A stretch of 47,563 nucleotides of DNA, from the NCBI GenBank assembly GCA_046331705.1, contig JAXLQJ010000057.1, positions 1 to 47,563 on the forward strand. Direction: 5' to 3'. A program made the position numbers and the translations under genes. The notes under the pieces are model-generated. The model was not told the origin of the DNA. It searched no databases and was given only the letters and a program-made list of their open reading frames with translations. The stretch is from a bacterium. GTDB taxonomy: Bacteria; JADJOY01. The first letter of the stretch is position 1. Each line of letters begins with the position of its first letter. This document shows positions 37,863 to 47,563 of the stretch, one piece after another.

Positions 37863-39101
37863 TCATAGCGCACCGGGCTGCGCGAGCTTCTCGGCGACCG
37901 CCGTCAGGAAGCGGCCGCCGCGATGCCCGTCGCTGGCGCGGTGATCGCCCGCGAGCGTCGCGTGCACCGCCCACCGCGACACCACCCCGTTCTCGATCGC
38001 CCACGGCTGGCGAGCCGGCGTGCCGAAGCCCACCAGCGCCACTTGCGGCGGATAGATGACGCCGTAGACGGTCTCCACGCCTAGATCTCCCATGCTCGTG
38101 ACCGTGATCGTCGCGTCGGTCATCTCGGAGCCCTTGAGCCCGCCCTTGCGAGCGCGCCCCACCAGGTCCGCGAGGGCCGCCATGAGGTCGACGAGGCTCG
38201 CGCGATCGGCGTCGTGGATCGCCGGCGCCACCAGCCCGCCACCGCGCAGGGCGATCGCCACTCCCACGTGGATCCCCGCGCCGGCGCGGAACGCATCGTC
38301 CACCCAGTACCCGTTCAGATCCGGGAAATCGCGGAGCGCGAGCGCCACCGCCTTGACGAGCAACGGCGCGATCACCAGCCGTGCGGCGGGCGGGCGCCCA
38401 CGATTGTGGTCTTCCAGCCACGCCGTCGCGGCGGAGAGATCGACGTGCGTGCCGAGGTAATAGTGCGGGATCTCGCGCTTCGAGCGCGTCATCGCCGCGG
38501 CGATCGCACGGCGCATGGCCAGCGCACGATCGGACCGCGGCGCTTCCGCCGGCGGCGACGGCGCACCGCCCTCCGCGGGTGTGGTCATCGGTGGCGAGCG
38601 CTGGGTCAGGTCGCGAAGCAGCACCGCGCCGTCCGGGCCGGTGCCTGCGACGTGAGCGAGGTCGACGCTCGCCGCGCGCGCCGCTGCGCGAGCGGCCGGC
38701 GATGCACGGACCCGTCGAGCGGCAGGCTCGCTCGGCGGGACGAGCCGCGCGGGAGGTGGCGGCGGCGGTGGCGGTGGTTGCACGCGCGCGGGCGATGGTG
38801 CGGCGCTGGGAAGCGGCACGGGCTCGGCACGCGGCTCGGGCCGAGGGACGGGCAGAGGCTCACGAGCGGCATCCGCGAGGCGCAGCAACACGGTGCCGAC
38901 GGGCACCTTGCGTCCCGGCTCCACCATGATCTCCGCAACGACTCCGTCCTCCCAGATCTCGACGTCGATGTCGGCCTTCTCGGTCTCGACCAGCGCCACG
39001 ATCTGCCCTCGTTCGACCGTCTCTCCGACCCGCACCTTCCATTCGATGACGGTGCCCTCGGCCATGTCCGCGCCGAGCGACGGCATCCGGAACTCATGCA
39101 C
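37863..39101 (-). CDS. pdhC: 2-oxo acid dehydrogenase E2 (dihydrolipoamide acyltransferase)
   Basis: GTG start; [14 protein letters not shown] lipoyl domain, RASPAAR..GTGPDG binding domain, [16 protein letters not shown]. Confidence 0.92.
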   Translation of the reverse strand: MHEFRMPSLGADMAEGTVIEWKVRVGETVERGQIVALVETEKADIDVEIWEDGVVAEIMVEPGRKVPVGTVLLRLADAAREPLPVPRPEPRAEPVPLPSAAPSPARVQPPPPPPPPPARLVPPSEPAARRVRASPAARAAARAASVDLAHVAGTGPDGAVLLRDLTQRSPPMTTPAEGGAPSPPAEAPRSDRALAMRRAIAAAMTRSKREIPHYYLGTHVDLSAATAWLEDHNRGRPPAARLVIAPLLVKAVALALRDFPDLNGYWVDDAFRAGAGIHVGVAIALRGGGLVAPAIHDADRASLVDLMAALADLVGRARKGGLKGSEMTDATITVTSMGDLGVETVYGVIYPPQVALVGFGTPARQPWAIENGVVSRWAVHATLAGDHRASDGHRGGRFLTAVAEKLAQPGAL

Positions 39102-40113
39102 GGCCGGCCACCAGCGCGCGCGCCGCGTCGACGATCCCGGGAACCTGCGGCACCGCCGCGTCCTCGAGATGCTTGGGGTACGGGATGGGAACCTCGGCGC
39201 CGCACACGCGCGCCACCGGCGCATCGAGATCGTAGAAGCATTGCTCGACGATTCGGGCGCTGATCTCCGCGGAGATGCCGCCGCTTCGCCAGCCTTCGTC
39301 CACGATCAGCGCGCGGTGCGTGCGACGCACGCTGCCGGCGATCGTGGCGTCGTCGAGCGGACGCAACGTGCGCAAGTCCACGACCTCGGCCTCGATACCG
39401 TCGCGCGCCAGCGCGTCGGCGGCGGCGAGCGCCTTGGCGAGCGACCCGCCGTACGTGAGGATCGCGAGATCGCGCCCGGCGCGGCGCACGGCCGCGTGAT
39501 CGATGTCCACCGGACCCGCGTCGGCGGCGAGCTTGCCCTTCACGTTGTAGAGGCCGCCGTGCTCGAAGATCAGCACGGGGTCGGGATCCTCGAGCGCGGT
39601 CCAGAGCATGCCGCGCGCATCCTCGAGCGTGGCCGGCGTGAGCACGCGAATGCCGGGGATGTGCCCATACCAGCCTTCCAGGCTGTGGCTGTGCTGCGCC
39701 GCCAGCTGCCTGCCTGCGCCGGTGGTCATGCGGATCACCAGCGGGATCGCGAACTGACCGCCCGACATGTGGCGAATCGTGGCGGCGTTGTTCACGATCT
39801 GGTCGAGCGCCAGCAGGCTGAAGTTCACGGTCATGATCTCGACGATCGGCCGCATCCCGCCCAGCGCAGCGCCGATCCCGGCGCCCACGAACGCCGATTC
39901 CGAGAGCGGCGTGTCCCGGATCCGCTCCGGCCCGAACTCGTCGAGCAGGCCCTTGCTCACGGCGAAGCAGCCGCCGTAGCGGCCCACGTCCTCGCCCATG
40001 AGGAAGACCCGCGGATCGCGCAGCAACGCGTCGCGGATCGCCTCGCGAATCGCCTCGCGGTACGTGATCTCGCGCACCGCCGGCGCGCTCGCCGCACCCA
40101 CCGAGCCGCTCAT
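39094..40113 (-). CDS. pdhB: Pyruvate dehydrogenase E1 beta subunit
   Basis: [38 protein letters not shown]. Confidence 0.93.
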   Translation of the reverse strand: MSGSVGAASAPAVREITYREAIREAIRDALLRDPRVFLMGEDVGRYGGCFAVSKGLLDEFGPERIRDTPLSESAFVGAGIGAALGGMRPIVEIMTVNFSLLALDQIVNNAATIRHMSGGQFAIPLVIRMTTGAGRQLAAQHSHSLEGWYGHIPGIRVLTPATLEDARGMLWTALEDPDPVLIFEHGGLYNVKGKLAADAGPVDIDHAAVRRAGRDLAILTYGGSLAKALAAADALARDGIEAEVVDLRTLRPLDDATIAGSVRRTHRALIVDEGWRSGGISAEISARIVEQCFYDLDAPVARVCGAEVPIPYPKHLEDAAVPQVPGIVDAARALVAGRA

Positions 40114-41113
40114 CGCACGATCTCCCGCGCGTACACGTCCTTGGTGAGGTTCTCGACGGGCTCCCAGGTGCCCGCCTCGGCGAAGGCAACCGCCGCTTCC
40201 ACCTCCGCCTCGACCTCGGCGCGCAGACGCGCCGCCACGCCCTCGTCGCAAGCACCCGCGTCCGCGAGACGCCGCTCGAACGCCGCGATCGGATCGCGCG
40301 CCTTCCAGCGCTCCACCTCGTCCTTGGAGCGGTAGAGCTCGGGGTCGTACATCGAATGCGCGCGGAATCGGTAGGTCCGAAGCTCCAGGAAATACGGCCC
40401 CAACCCGGACCGGATCGAGGCGCACGCGCGGCGCGTGGCCGCCTCCACGGCGAGCACGTCCATGCCGTCCACGGTCTCCGCCGGCACCCGGTAGCTCTCG
40501 GCCTTGTGACGCAGATCGGTCTCGGCCTCCGAGCGCTCGATCGCCGTGCCCATCGCGTAGAGGTTGTTCTCGCAGGCGAACAAGACCGGCAGCCGCCACA
40601 GCTCCGCGAGGTTCATGGACTCGTGGAACTCGCCCTCGGCCACGGCGCCCTCGCCGAAGAAGCACGCCGTCACCTGCGCGAGCCCGCGCAGCCGATCCGC
40701 GAGCGCGAGCCCGACGGCGAGCGGCAACCCGCCGCCCACGATGGCGTTGCCACCGTAGAAGCGCGTGTCCGCGTCGAAGAGGTGCATCGAGCCGCCGCGG
40801 CCGCAGCTGGTGCCCTCGACCTTGCCGTACATCTCGGCCATCACCCGCGCCGCCGAGATGCCGCGCGCGAGGGCGTGCCCGTGCTCGCGGTAGGTCGCGA
40901 CGATCGCGTCGCGCGGCTCGAGGGCGTTCATCGCGCCCACCGCCACCGCCTCCTCGCCGATGTAGAGGTGGAGGAAGCCGCGGATCTTCTCGGCGGAGTA
41001 GAGCTCCGCGCAGCGTTCCTCGAAGCGCCGCACCAGCAGCATCCGACGCAGCAGCGCGACGCCGTGGCTGGCATCGAGCTCGGCGGCGCCGCTGGAATCG
41101 GCCGATCGCGCGT

Positions 41114-41117
<4 letters not shown>
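40110..41117 (-). CDS. pdhA: Pyruvate dehydrogenase E1 alpha subunit
   Basis: [46 protein letters not shown]. Confidence 0.93.
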
Positions 41118-42880
<1,763 letters not shown>

Positions 42881-43143
42881 GCGTCACCTCCCGCGGACCG
42901 TGTAACCCCAGCGGCGTGGCCGCCCGCGTCCATCGGGTAACCCGCACCGCCGTCGCTACGTGGTTTTTCCAACACGTTCTCTACGAGCTGCAACGGTCTC
43001 GCCACGATTTTCGGCGCCTCGCCGCCGGCTCCGGCGGCGATCGTTGCCGCCGCGGCGCGGGGCGCCCCGCTTGCACGGAAAGGGGCCGCTGCCCGCGTGG
43101 CCGCAGTGCGGGAAACCCTGCGCGAACCTGCCGGGAACGCGAA

Positions 43144-43527
43144 GTGACCGACTCGACGCTCGAAGGAAAGAGTGAGGCGCTACGCCGCGTCAGACGCTCG
43201 CTGGGCAAGCTCGCGCGCCGCGCGCCCGCCACCTCGCGGGCGTTCGGTGAGCTGCACAAGGCCACCCAGCGAGCCGGTGCCCTCGACTCGCGTACCAAGG
43301 AGCTGATCGCGCTGGCGATCGGTGTCGCGACCAAGTGCGAGGACTGCGTCGTCTACCACACCGCCGACGCCAAGGCCGCCGGTGCCACCGACGAGCAGAT
43401 CGTGGAAGCGGTGGAGGTCGCGGTGATGATGGGGGGCGGCACCGCGCTCATGTACGCGAGCCGGGTGCTGGACGTGCTCGAAAGCTCCGGCGCGATCGGC
43501 GGAGCGCGATCCCGGTCCGCCGACTGA
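43144..43527 (+). CDS. Carboxymuconolactone decarboxylase/AhpD-family protein
   Basis: GALDSRTKELIALAIGVATKCEDCVVYH..GATDEQIVEAVEVAVMMGGG; start approximate. Confidence 0.88.
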   Translation: MTDSTLEGKSEALRRVRRSLGKLARRAPATSRAFGELHKATQRAGALDSRTKELIALAIGVATKCEDCVVYHTADAKAAGATDEQIVEAVEVAVMMGGGTALMYASRVLDVLESSGAIGGARSRSAD

Positions 43528-43565
43528 CGGCGCCGCCGGCGAGTGCGCTCGTCAGGAAAGCAACG

Positions 43566-44912
43566 ATGCCCACCCTCGAGGAGCGACTCGCGCTGAGCCA
43601 GAAGCCGTCCGCCGAGGCGCTGCGCCTGCACCCGTTCTACGCGGGCAAGATCCAGGTTGCCCCGAAATGCGCCATTCGCGGCTACGAGGACTTCGCGATC
43701 TGGTACACGCCCGGAGTCGCGGCGCCCTGCAAGGCCATCCAGGCCGCGCCCGAGCTGGTGTACGAGCACACCAACAAGGCCAACTCGGTGGCGATCGTCA
43801 CCGACGGCACGCGCGTGCTCGGGCTCGGCGACATCGGCCCCGCCGCCGGCCTGCCGGTGATGGAGGGGAAGGCGCTGCTCTTCAAGTACCTCGGCGGCAT
43901 CGACGCCGTGCCGATCTGTCTCGCCACCAAGGACGCGGACGAGATCGTGCGCACGGTCAAGCTCATCGCGCCCGCGTTCGGCGGCATCAATCTGGAAGAC
44001 ATCGCTCAGCCGAAATGCTTCCGCATCCTCGATCGGGCACGCGCCGAGACCGACATCCCCGTCTGGCACGACGACCAGCAAGGCACGGCCACCGCCGTGC
44101 TCGCGGCGCTCGGCAACGCGCTCGAGGTCGTCGGGAAGCGCCGGGACCGCGTGCGCATCGTGCTGGTCGGCATGGGCGCCGCCAACGTCGCCATCGCGCG
44201 GCTCTTGCGCGCCGCCGGCTTCGACACGGGCGGCATCGTCGCGTGCGACCGCGGCGGGGTGCTGCACCGCGACCGGCACGACATCGAATCGCGCGCCGCC
44301 GAGCTCGCGGACAAGTGGCGGCTCTGCCGCGAGAGCAACGGCGACGACGTGCGCGGCGGCATCGCCGAGGCGCTGCGGGGAGCCGACGTCTGCCTCGCGT
44401 TCTCGTCGTCCGGCCCCGGCGTCATCGAGCCCGCGTGGGTGCGTGCGATGGCGAAGGACGCGATCGTCTTCGCGTGCGCCAATCCCACACCCGAGATCTG
44501 GCCCTGGGACGCAGCCGAAGCCGGCGCCCGCATCGTCGCCACCGGGCGCAGCGACTTCCCCAATCAGGTCAACAACTCGCTGGTCTTTCCGGGGGTGTTC
44601 CGCGGCGCTCTCGACGTCCGCTCCAGCACCATCACCGACGACATGGCGCTCGCCGCCGCCGACGCGCTCGGCGCTTTTGCCCGCGCGCGCGGCCTCGGCG
44701 AGGAGCGGCTGCTGCCGCGGATGGACGAATGGGAGGCGGTGCCGCAGGTGGCCGCCGCGACCGGCCTCGCCGCCATCCGCGCCGGGATCGCGCGGCTCTC
44801 GCCCTCGCGCGACGAGCTGGTGCGCCGCGCCACCGACCGCATCCGTGCCGCCCGCGAGCTGACCCGATCCCTGATGAGCGCCGGCGTGATCGCGGCGCCG
44901 CCTGCTCCGTGA
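43566..44912 (+). CDS. NAD(P)-dependent malic enzyme (short type, no PTA domain)
   Basis: YTPGVA, VTDGTRVLGLGDIG..PVMEGKALLFK, INLEDI, HDDQQGTA, ANPTPEI, TGRSDFPNQVNN. Confidence 0.94.
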   Translation: MPTLEERLALSQKPSAEALRLHPFYAGKIQVAPKCAIRGYEDFAIWYTPGVAAPCKAIQAAPELVYEHTNKANSVAIVTDGTRVLGLGDIGPAAGLPVMEGKALLFKYLGGIDAVPICLATKDADEIVRTVKLIAPAFGGINLEDIAQPKCFRILDRARAETDIPVWHDDQQGTATAVLAALGNALEVVGKRRDRVRIVLVGMGAANVAIARLLRAAGFDTGGIVACDRGGVLHRDRHDIESRAAELADKWRLCRESNGDDVRGGIAEALRGADVCLAFSSSGPGVIEPAWVRAMAKDAIVFACANPTPEIWPWDAAEAGARIVATGRSDFPNQVNNSLVFPGVFRGALDVRSSTITDDMALAAADALGAFARARGLGEERLLPRMDEWEAVPQVAAATGLAAIRAGIARLSPSRDELVRRATDRIRAARELTRSLMSAGVIAAPPAP

Positions 44913-45015
44913 ATCGACTCGCGCCCACTCCCTCGATCGCGGCGTCCTGAGTCGAGCACCGACGCGAGCGCGTGCGGCGGCCGGGCGGGGTCCGCTCCAC
45001 CCCACTTCGCCTGTG

Positions 45016-45031
45016 GTAGAACACGTTCTAC
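45016..45031. promoter_or_regulatory. Palindromic operator matching TnnAACnnGTTnnA (KstR/TetR-like)
   Basis: GTAGAAC-AC-GTTCTAC, a perfect 7-2-7 dyad 16 nt upstream of the amidohydrolase ATG. Confidence 0.65.
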
Positions 45032-45047
45032 TTCGGGGGGCGCGACC

Positions 45048-46226
45048 ATGAAGCGATTGCTCATCCTCTCGTCCGACTGTCACGCGGGCCCGCCACCGCC
45101 GGGCTACCGGGCTTACCTCGATCCCCAGTACCGCGAGGCGTACGACCAGTCGCTGCCGGCGATGCTCGCGATCATCGAGCAGCGCCAGCGCAAGACCCTC
45201 GCCGAGGACTTCCTGGCGACCTGGAAGCGAGGCGAGGTCGCGACGGGGTTGCGCGGGGTGTACGACTCCGCGGAGCGCAATCGCCAGCTCGACGCCGACG
45301 GCATCGCCGGCGAGGTGATCTTCCCGGACGGCGTCACCGACAAGAACGCCTGTCCGTTCGGCGCCGGTCTCGCCATGCCCACCGAGGGTGTGGTGCCCGA
45401 GCTGCAATGGGCGGGTGCCCGCGCCCACAATCGTTGGATCGCCGAGTTCTGCGCGCAGGCACCCGAGCGCCGCGCCGGGCTCGCCGCGGTGCCGATGTTC
45501 TGGAACGTCGAGGAGGCCGTGCGCGAGATCCACTGGGCCAAGGAGCACGGCCTGCGCGGCATCCTGATCCCGCCGCTCTTCGGAGCGCACCCGCCCTTCC
45601 ACGCGTCCTGCTACGAACCGATCTGGAGCGCCTGCGAGACGCTCGACATGCCCGTGCACACCCACGGCGGCGGCGCCCCCGACTACGGCGACCACCTCGG
45701 TACCGTGGGCATCTACGTGACCGAATACGCGTGGTGGTCGGCGCGCCCGGTGTGGTTCCTGATCTGGGGCGGTGTCTTCGAGCGCCATCCACGCCTCAAG
45801 TTCGTGGTCACCGAGCTGGGCGCGAGCTGGGTGCCTGAGCTCAAGGCGCTCATGGATCAGCGCTTCCGCGACACTCACTTCAACCAGAAGCTCGCCGACT
45901 TCCGCAGCCACCTCTCGATGAAGCCGAGCGCGTACTTCGACCGCAACGTGTGGGTGGGCGCCTCGGTGACCTCGCGCGAGGACATCGAGAACCGCGCCGC
46001 GATCGGCGTTGGCAACGTGATGTGGGGCAGCGACTTCCCGCACCCAGAAGGGAGCTGGCCCGAGACACGCCGCTTCCTCGACGAGTCGTTTCGCGGCATC
46101 CCGGAAGCCGAGGCGCGCACCATGCTCGGCCTCAACGCCGCCCACGTCTACGGCTTCGACCTCGCGAAGCTGGCACCGCTGGTCGATCGAATCGGCCTCG
46201 AGCCCAGAGCACTCGGCCTGGTCTGA
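45048..46226 (+). CDS. Amidohydrolase_2 family metal-dependent hydrolase
   Basis: ILSSDCHAG, DGIAGEVIFP, AHNRWIAEFC, PVHTH, GVFERHPRLKFVVTE, MWGSDFPHPEGSWP. Confidence 0.92.
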   Translation: MKRLLILSSDCHAGPPPPGYRAYLDPQYREAYDQSLPAMLAIIEQRQRKTLAEDFLATWKRGEVATGLRGVYDSAERNRQLDADGIAGEVIFPDGVTDKNACPFGAGLAMPTEGVVPELQWAGARAHNRWIAEFCAQAPERRAGLAAVPMFWNVEEAVREIHWAKEHGLRGILIPPLFGAHPPFHASCYEPIWSACETLDMPVHTHGGGAPDYGDHLGTVGIYVTEYAWWSARPVWFLIWGGVFERHPRLKFVVTELGASWVPELKALMDQRFRDTHFNQKLADFRSHLSMKPSAYFDRNVWVGASVTSREDIENRAAIGVGNVMWGSDFPHPEGSWPETRRFLDESFRGIPEAEARTMLGLNAAHVYGFDLAKLAPLVDRIGLEPRALGLV

Positions 46227-46352
46227 CGACCCATCCACACCGCACGAGCCGATGCGCCACGAAACACGCGCGACGGCAGCCGGTGCGCAGCGGTCGTCGC
46301 TCGGGGTACCAGCCGCCCCCACGGTATGATGCGAGTCGAGTAGGAGCCGAGA

Positions 46353-46613
46353 TTGCTGGAGATCAGTCGTTTCTTCGGCATCGTGATTCGCATGTTCTTC
46401 AACGACCACGACCCACCGCATTTCCACGCGATCTACGGAGATGCCGAAGCTCGGATCGACATCACGACGCTCGAGGTACGCCGCGGTGCGCTGCCGCGCC
46501 GGGCGCTCGGCATGGTGATCGAGCGGGCCAGCCAACACCGTCACGAGCTGCACGACGACTGGGACCGAGCACGGCGCGGTATCCAGCCCTACCCGATCGC
46601 TCCTCTCGATTAG
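46353..46613 (+). CDS. DUF4160 family protein (putative TA toxin)
   Basis: AGGAG RBS, TTG start; EISRFFGIVIRMFFNDHDPPHFHAIYG..IAPLD. Confidence 0.88.
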   Translation: MLEISRFFGIVIRMFFNDHDPPHFHAIYGDAEARIDITTLEVRRGALPRRALGMVIERASQHRHELHDDWDRARRGIQPYPIAPLD

Positions 46614-46632
46614 CGACCGAGGATCACCGAGC

Positions 46633-46938
46633 ATGTTGCGCATTCGAGCAGCGGAATCGATTGGCGGGTTCTCCGTACGGCTCACGCTGACGGATGGCAC
46701 GCAGGTCGAACGCGACCTCGCCGGGCTGCTCGTCGGTCCGGCCTTCGACCCCTTGCGAACCGACGGACGTGCCTTCGAATCGTTGCGGGTCGAAGACGGC
46801 GCGCTGGTCTGGGCCAGCGGCGCCGACCTGTGTCCCGATGTGGTGATCTGGGGTGGCGAAGCGCCCGCGGATGATGCTGCAAGACCGCCTGGATGGCTCG
46901 CACCGGCCCATCACCCGCCGGGAGTCGAAGCGGCGTGA
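46633..46938 (+). CDS. DUF2442 family protein (putative antitoxin)
   Basis: VRLTLTDG..DL..GPAFDPLR..F..V..GALVWASGADLCPD; directly after DUF4160. Confidence 0.85.
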   Translation: MLRIRAAESIGGFSVRLTLTDGTQVERDLAGLLVGPAFDPLRTDGRAFESLRVEDGALVWASGADLCPDVVIWGGEAPADDAARPPGWLAPAHHPPGVEAA

Positions 46939-46967
46939 TGCGCGGGCCGCCTAGATGACGAGGCGCG

Positions 46968-47563
46968 GTGGCAATTCGGAAGCTCGGCCAGTCAATCGCG
47001 ATCGGTTCGATCGCGATCGCGCTCGCGATTGCGGCACCTGATCCGGCGGTCGCGAGAGTCGAGCCCGGCTTCTGGAGCACGGACGCGGGCTTCGACGCGA
47101 CCGACATCGTCGTCGTCGGCGCGGCGACTCGGCCAGCCCAGCGAGCCACCGTGCTCGAGGTATGGCGTGGATCGGTGTCGATCGGCGCCACGCTCGTCCT
47201 GCCGGAGCTTGCGAGCCTGGGCCGTCCATCGCTTCGTGCGGCGGTATTCAATCACCAGCTCGCGAATCTCCCGAAACGCGTCTCGGGCGAGCGAGTCGTG
47301 CTGTTCCTCCACAAGAACGGTGCGGGCACGTGGGTCGGCGCATCGAGCTACGGCGAGTTGAAGACGTCGATCGCGTGGATCGAGAACGGCCGCGCGTTCA
47401 CCTTCGAGCAGGAGATCAACCCGGGTCCGGTGGTGCTGCTTTCGCTTCTCACCGAGGCCGAGCTTCGCACCGCCGTGCGCGGCCTCGACGAGGCGCGCGC
47501 CCGACTCGCGGCGGCTCAGGCCGAGCCCGATCCCGCGACTCGCGTGCGCGAGCTCGTAGGCTT
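46968..47563 (+). CDS. Hypothetical exported protein, truncated by the window end
   Basis: Manual translation from GTG after GAGG: MAIRKLGQSIAIGSIAIALAIAAPDPAVA..ATDIVVV..ERVVLFL..FEQEINPGP; open to the edge. Confidence 0.6.
   Translation, partial: MAIRKLGQSIAIGSIAIALAIAAPDPAVARVEPGFWSTDAGFDATDIVVVGAATRPAQRATVLEVWRGSVSIGATLVLPELASLGRPSLRAAVFNHQLANLPKRVSGERVVLFLHKNGAGTWVGASSYGELKTSIAWIENGRAFTFEQEINPGPVVLLSLLTEAELRTAVRGLDEARARLAAAQAEPDPATRVRELVG

Noticed and set aside
38700-38870. Low-complexity GGC/GGT repeats
   Set aside because: Ordinary Pro/Ala-rich E2 linker.
43353-46700. 1115 aa - strand ORF
   Set aside because: Antisense to four well-supported genes (CMD, malic enzyme, amidohydrolase, DUF4160).

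Overview
High-GC bacterial window, possibly Myxococcota/Binatia-like (inferred from a MYXO-CTERM-like tail and the gene repertoire). It splits into two parts at an isolated tRNA-Leu-like 3' end (20791-20818), a likely att site. The left part (1-20.8 kb) is a heavy-metal/arsenic island. It holds a MerR regulator with a cytochrome c/FTR1 (PbrT-like) gene, a DxNxDG-repeat lipoprotein, ynfA, a CDF transporter, a czcCBA-type RND system with a leader ORF, two convergent ars operons (arsR-acr3-arsC and arsR-arsD::CMD-arsA), a stand-alone HdrA-N-like protein and gene remnants. The most striking element is a translationally coupled four-gene operon at 11162-13540: ArsR, a Cys-rich MtrA-like corrinoid domain fused to DUF4346, an exported OB-fold-like protein, and a membrane protein with a MerT-like CC motif. 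This is a candidate B12-dependent metal(loid) methyl-transfer system; the function is inferred only. Its 5' part and the middle of arsA carry clustered 1-2 nt indels that may be sequencing errors. The right part looks like ordinary chromosome: methyltransferase, LysR/MFS, GH13, CSLREA surface protein, glpD, sulfatase-like protein, hydrolases, GAF histidine kinase, gdh, an acsA-pdhABC-ACP cluster, CMD protein, malic enzyme, amidohydrolase and a DUF4160/DUF2442 toxin-antitoxin pair. Family calls come from motif recognition by eye; no searches were run.
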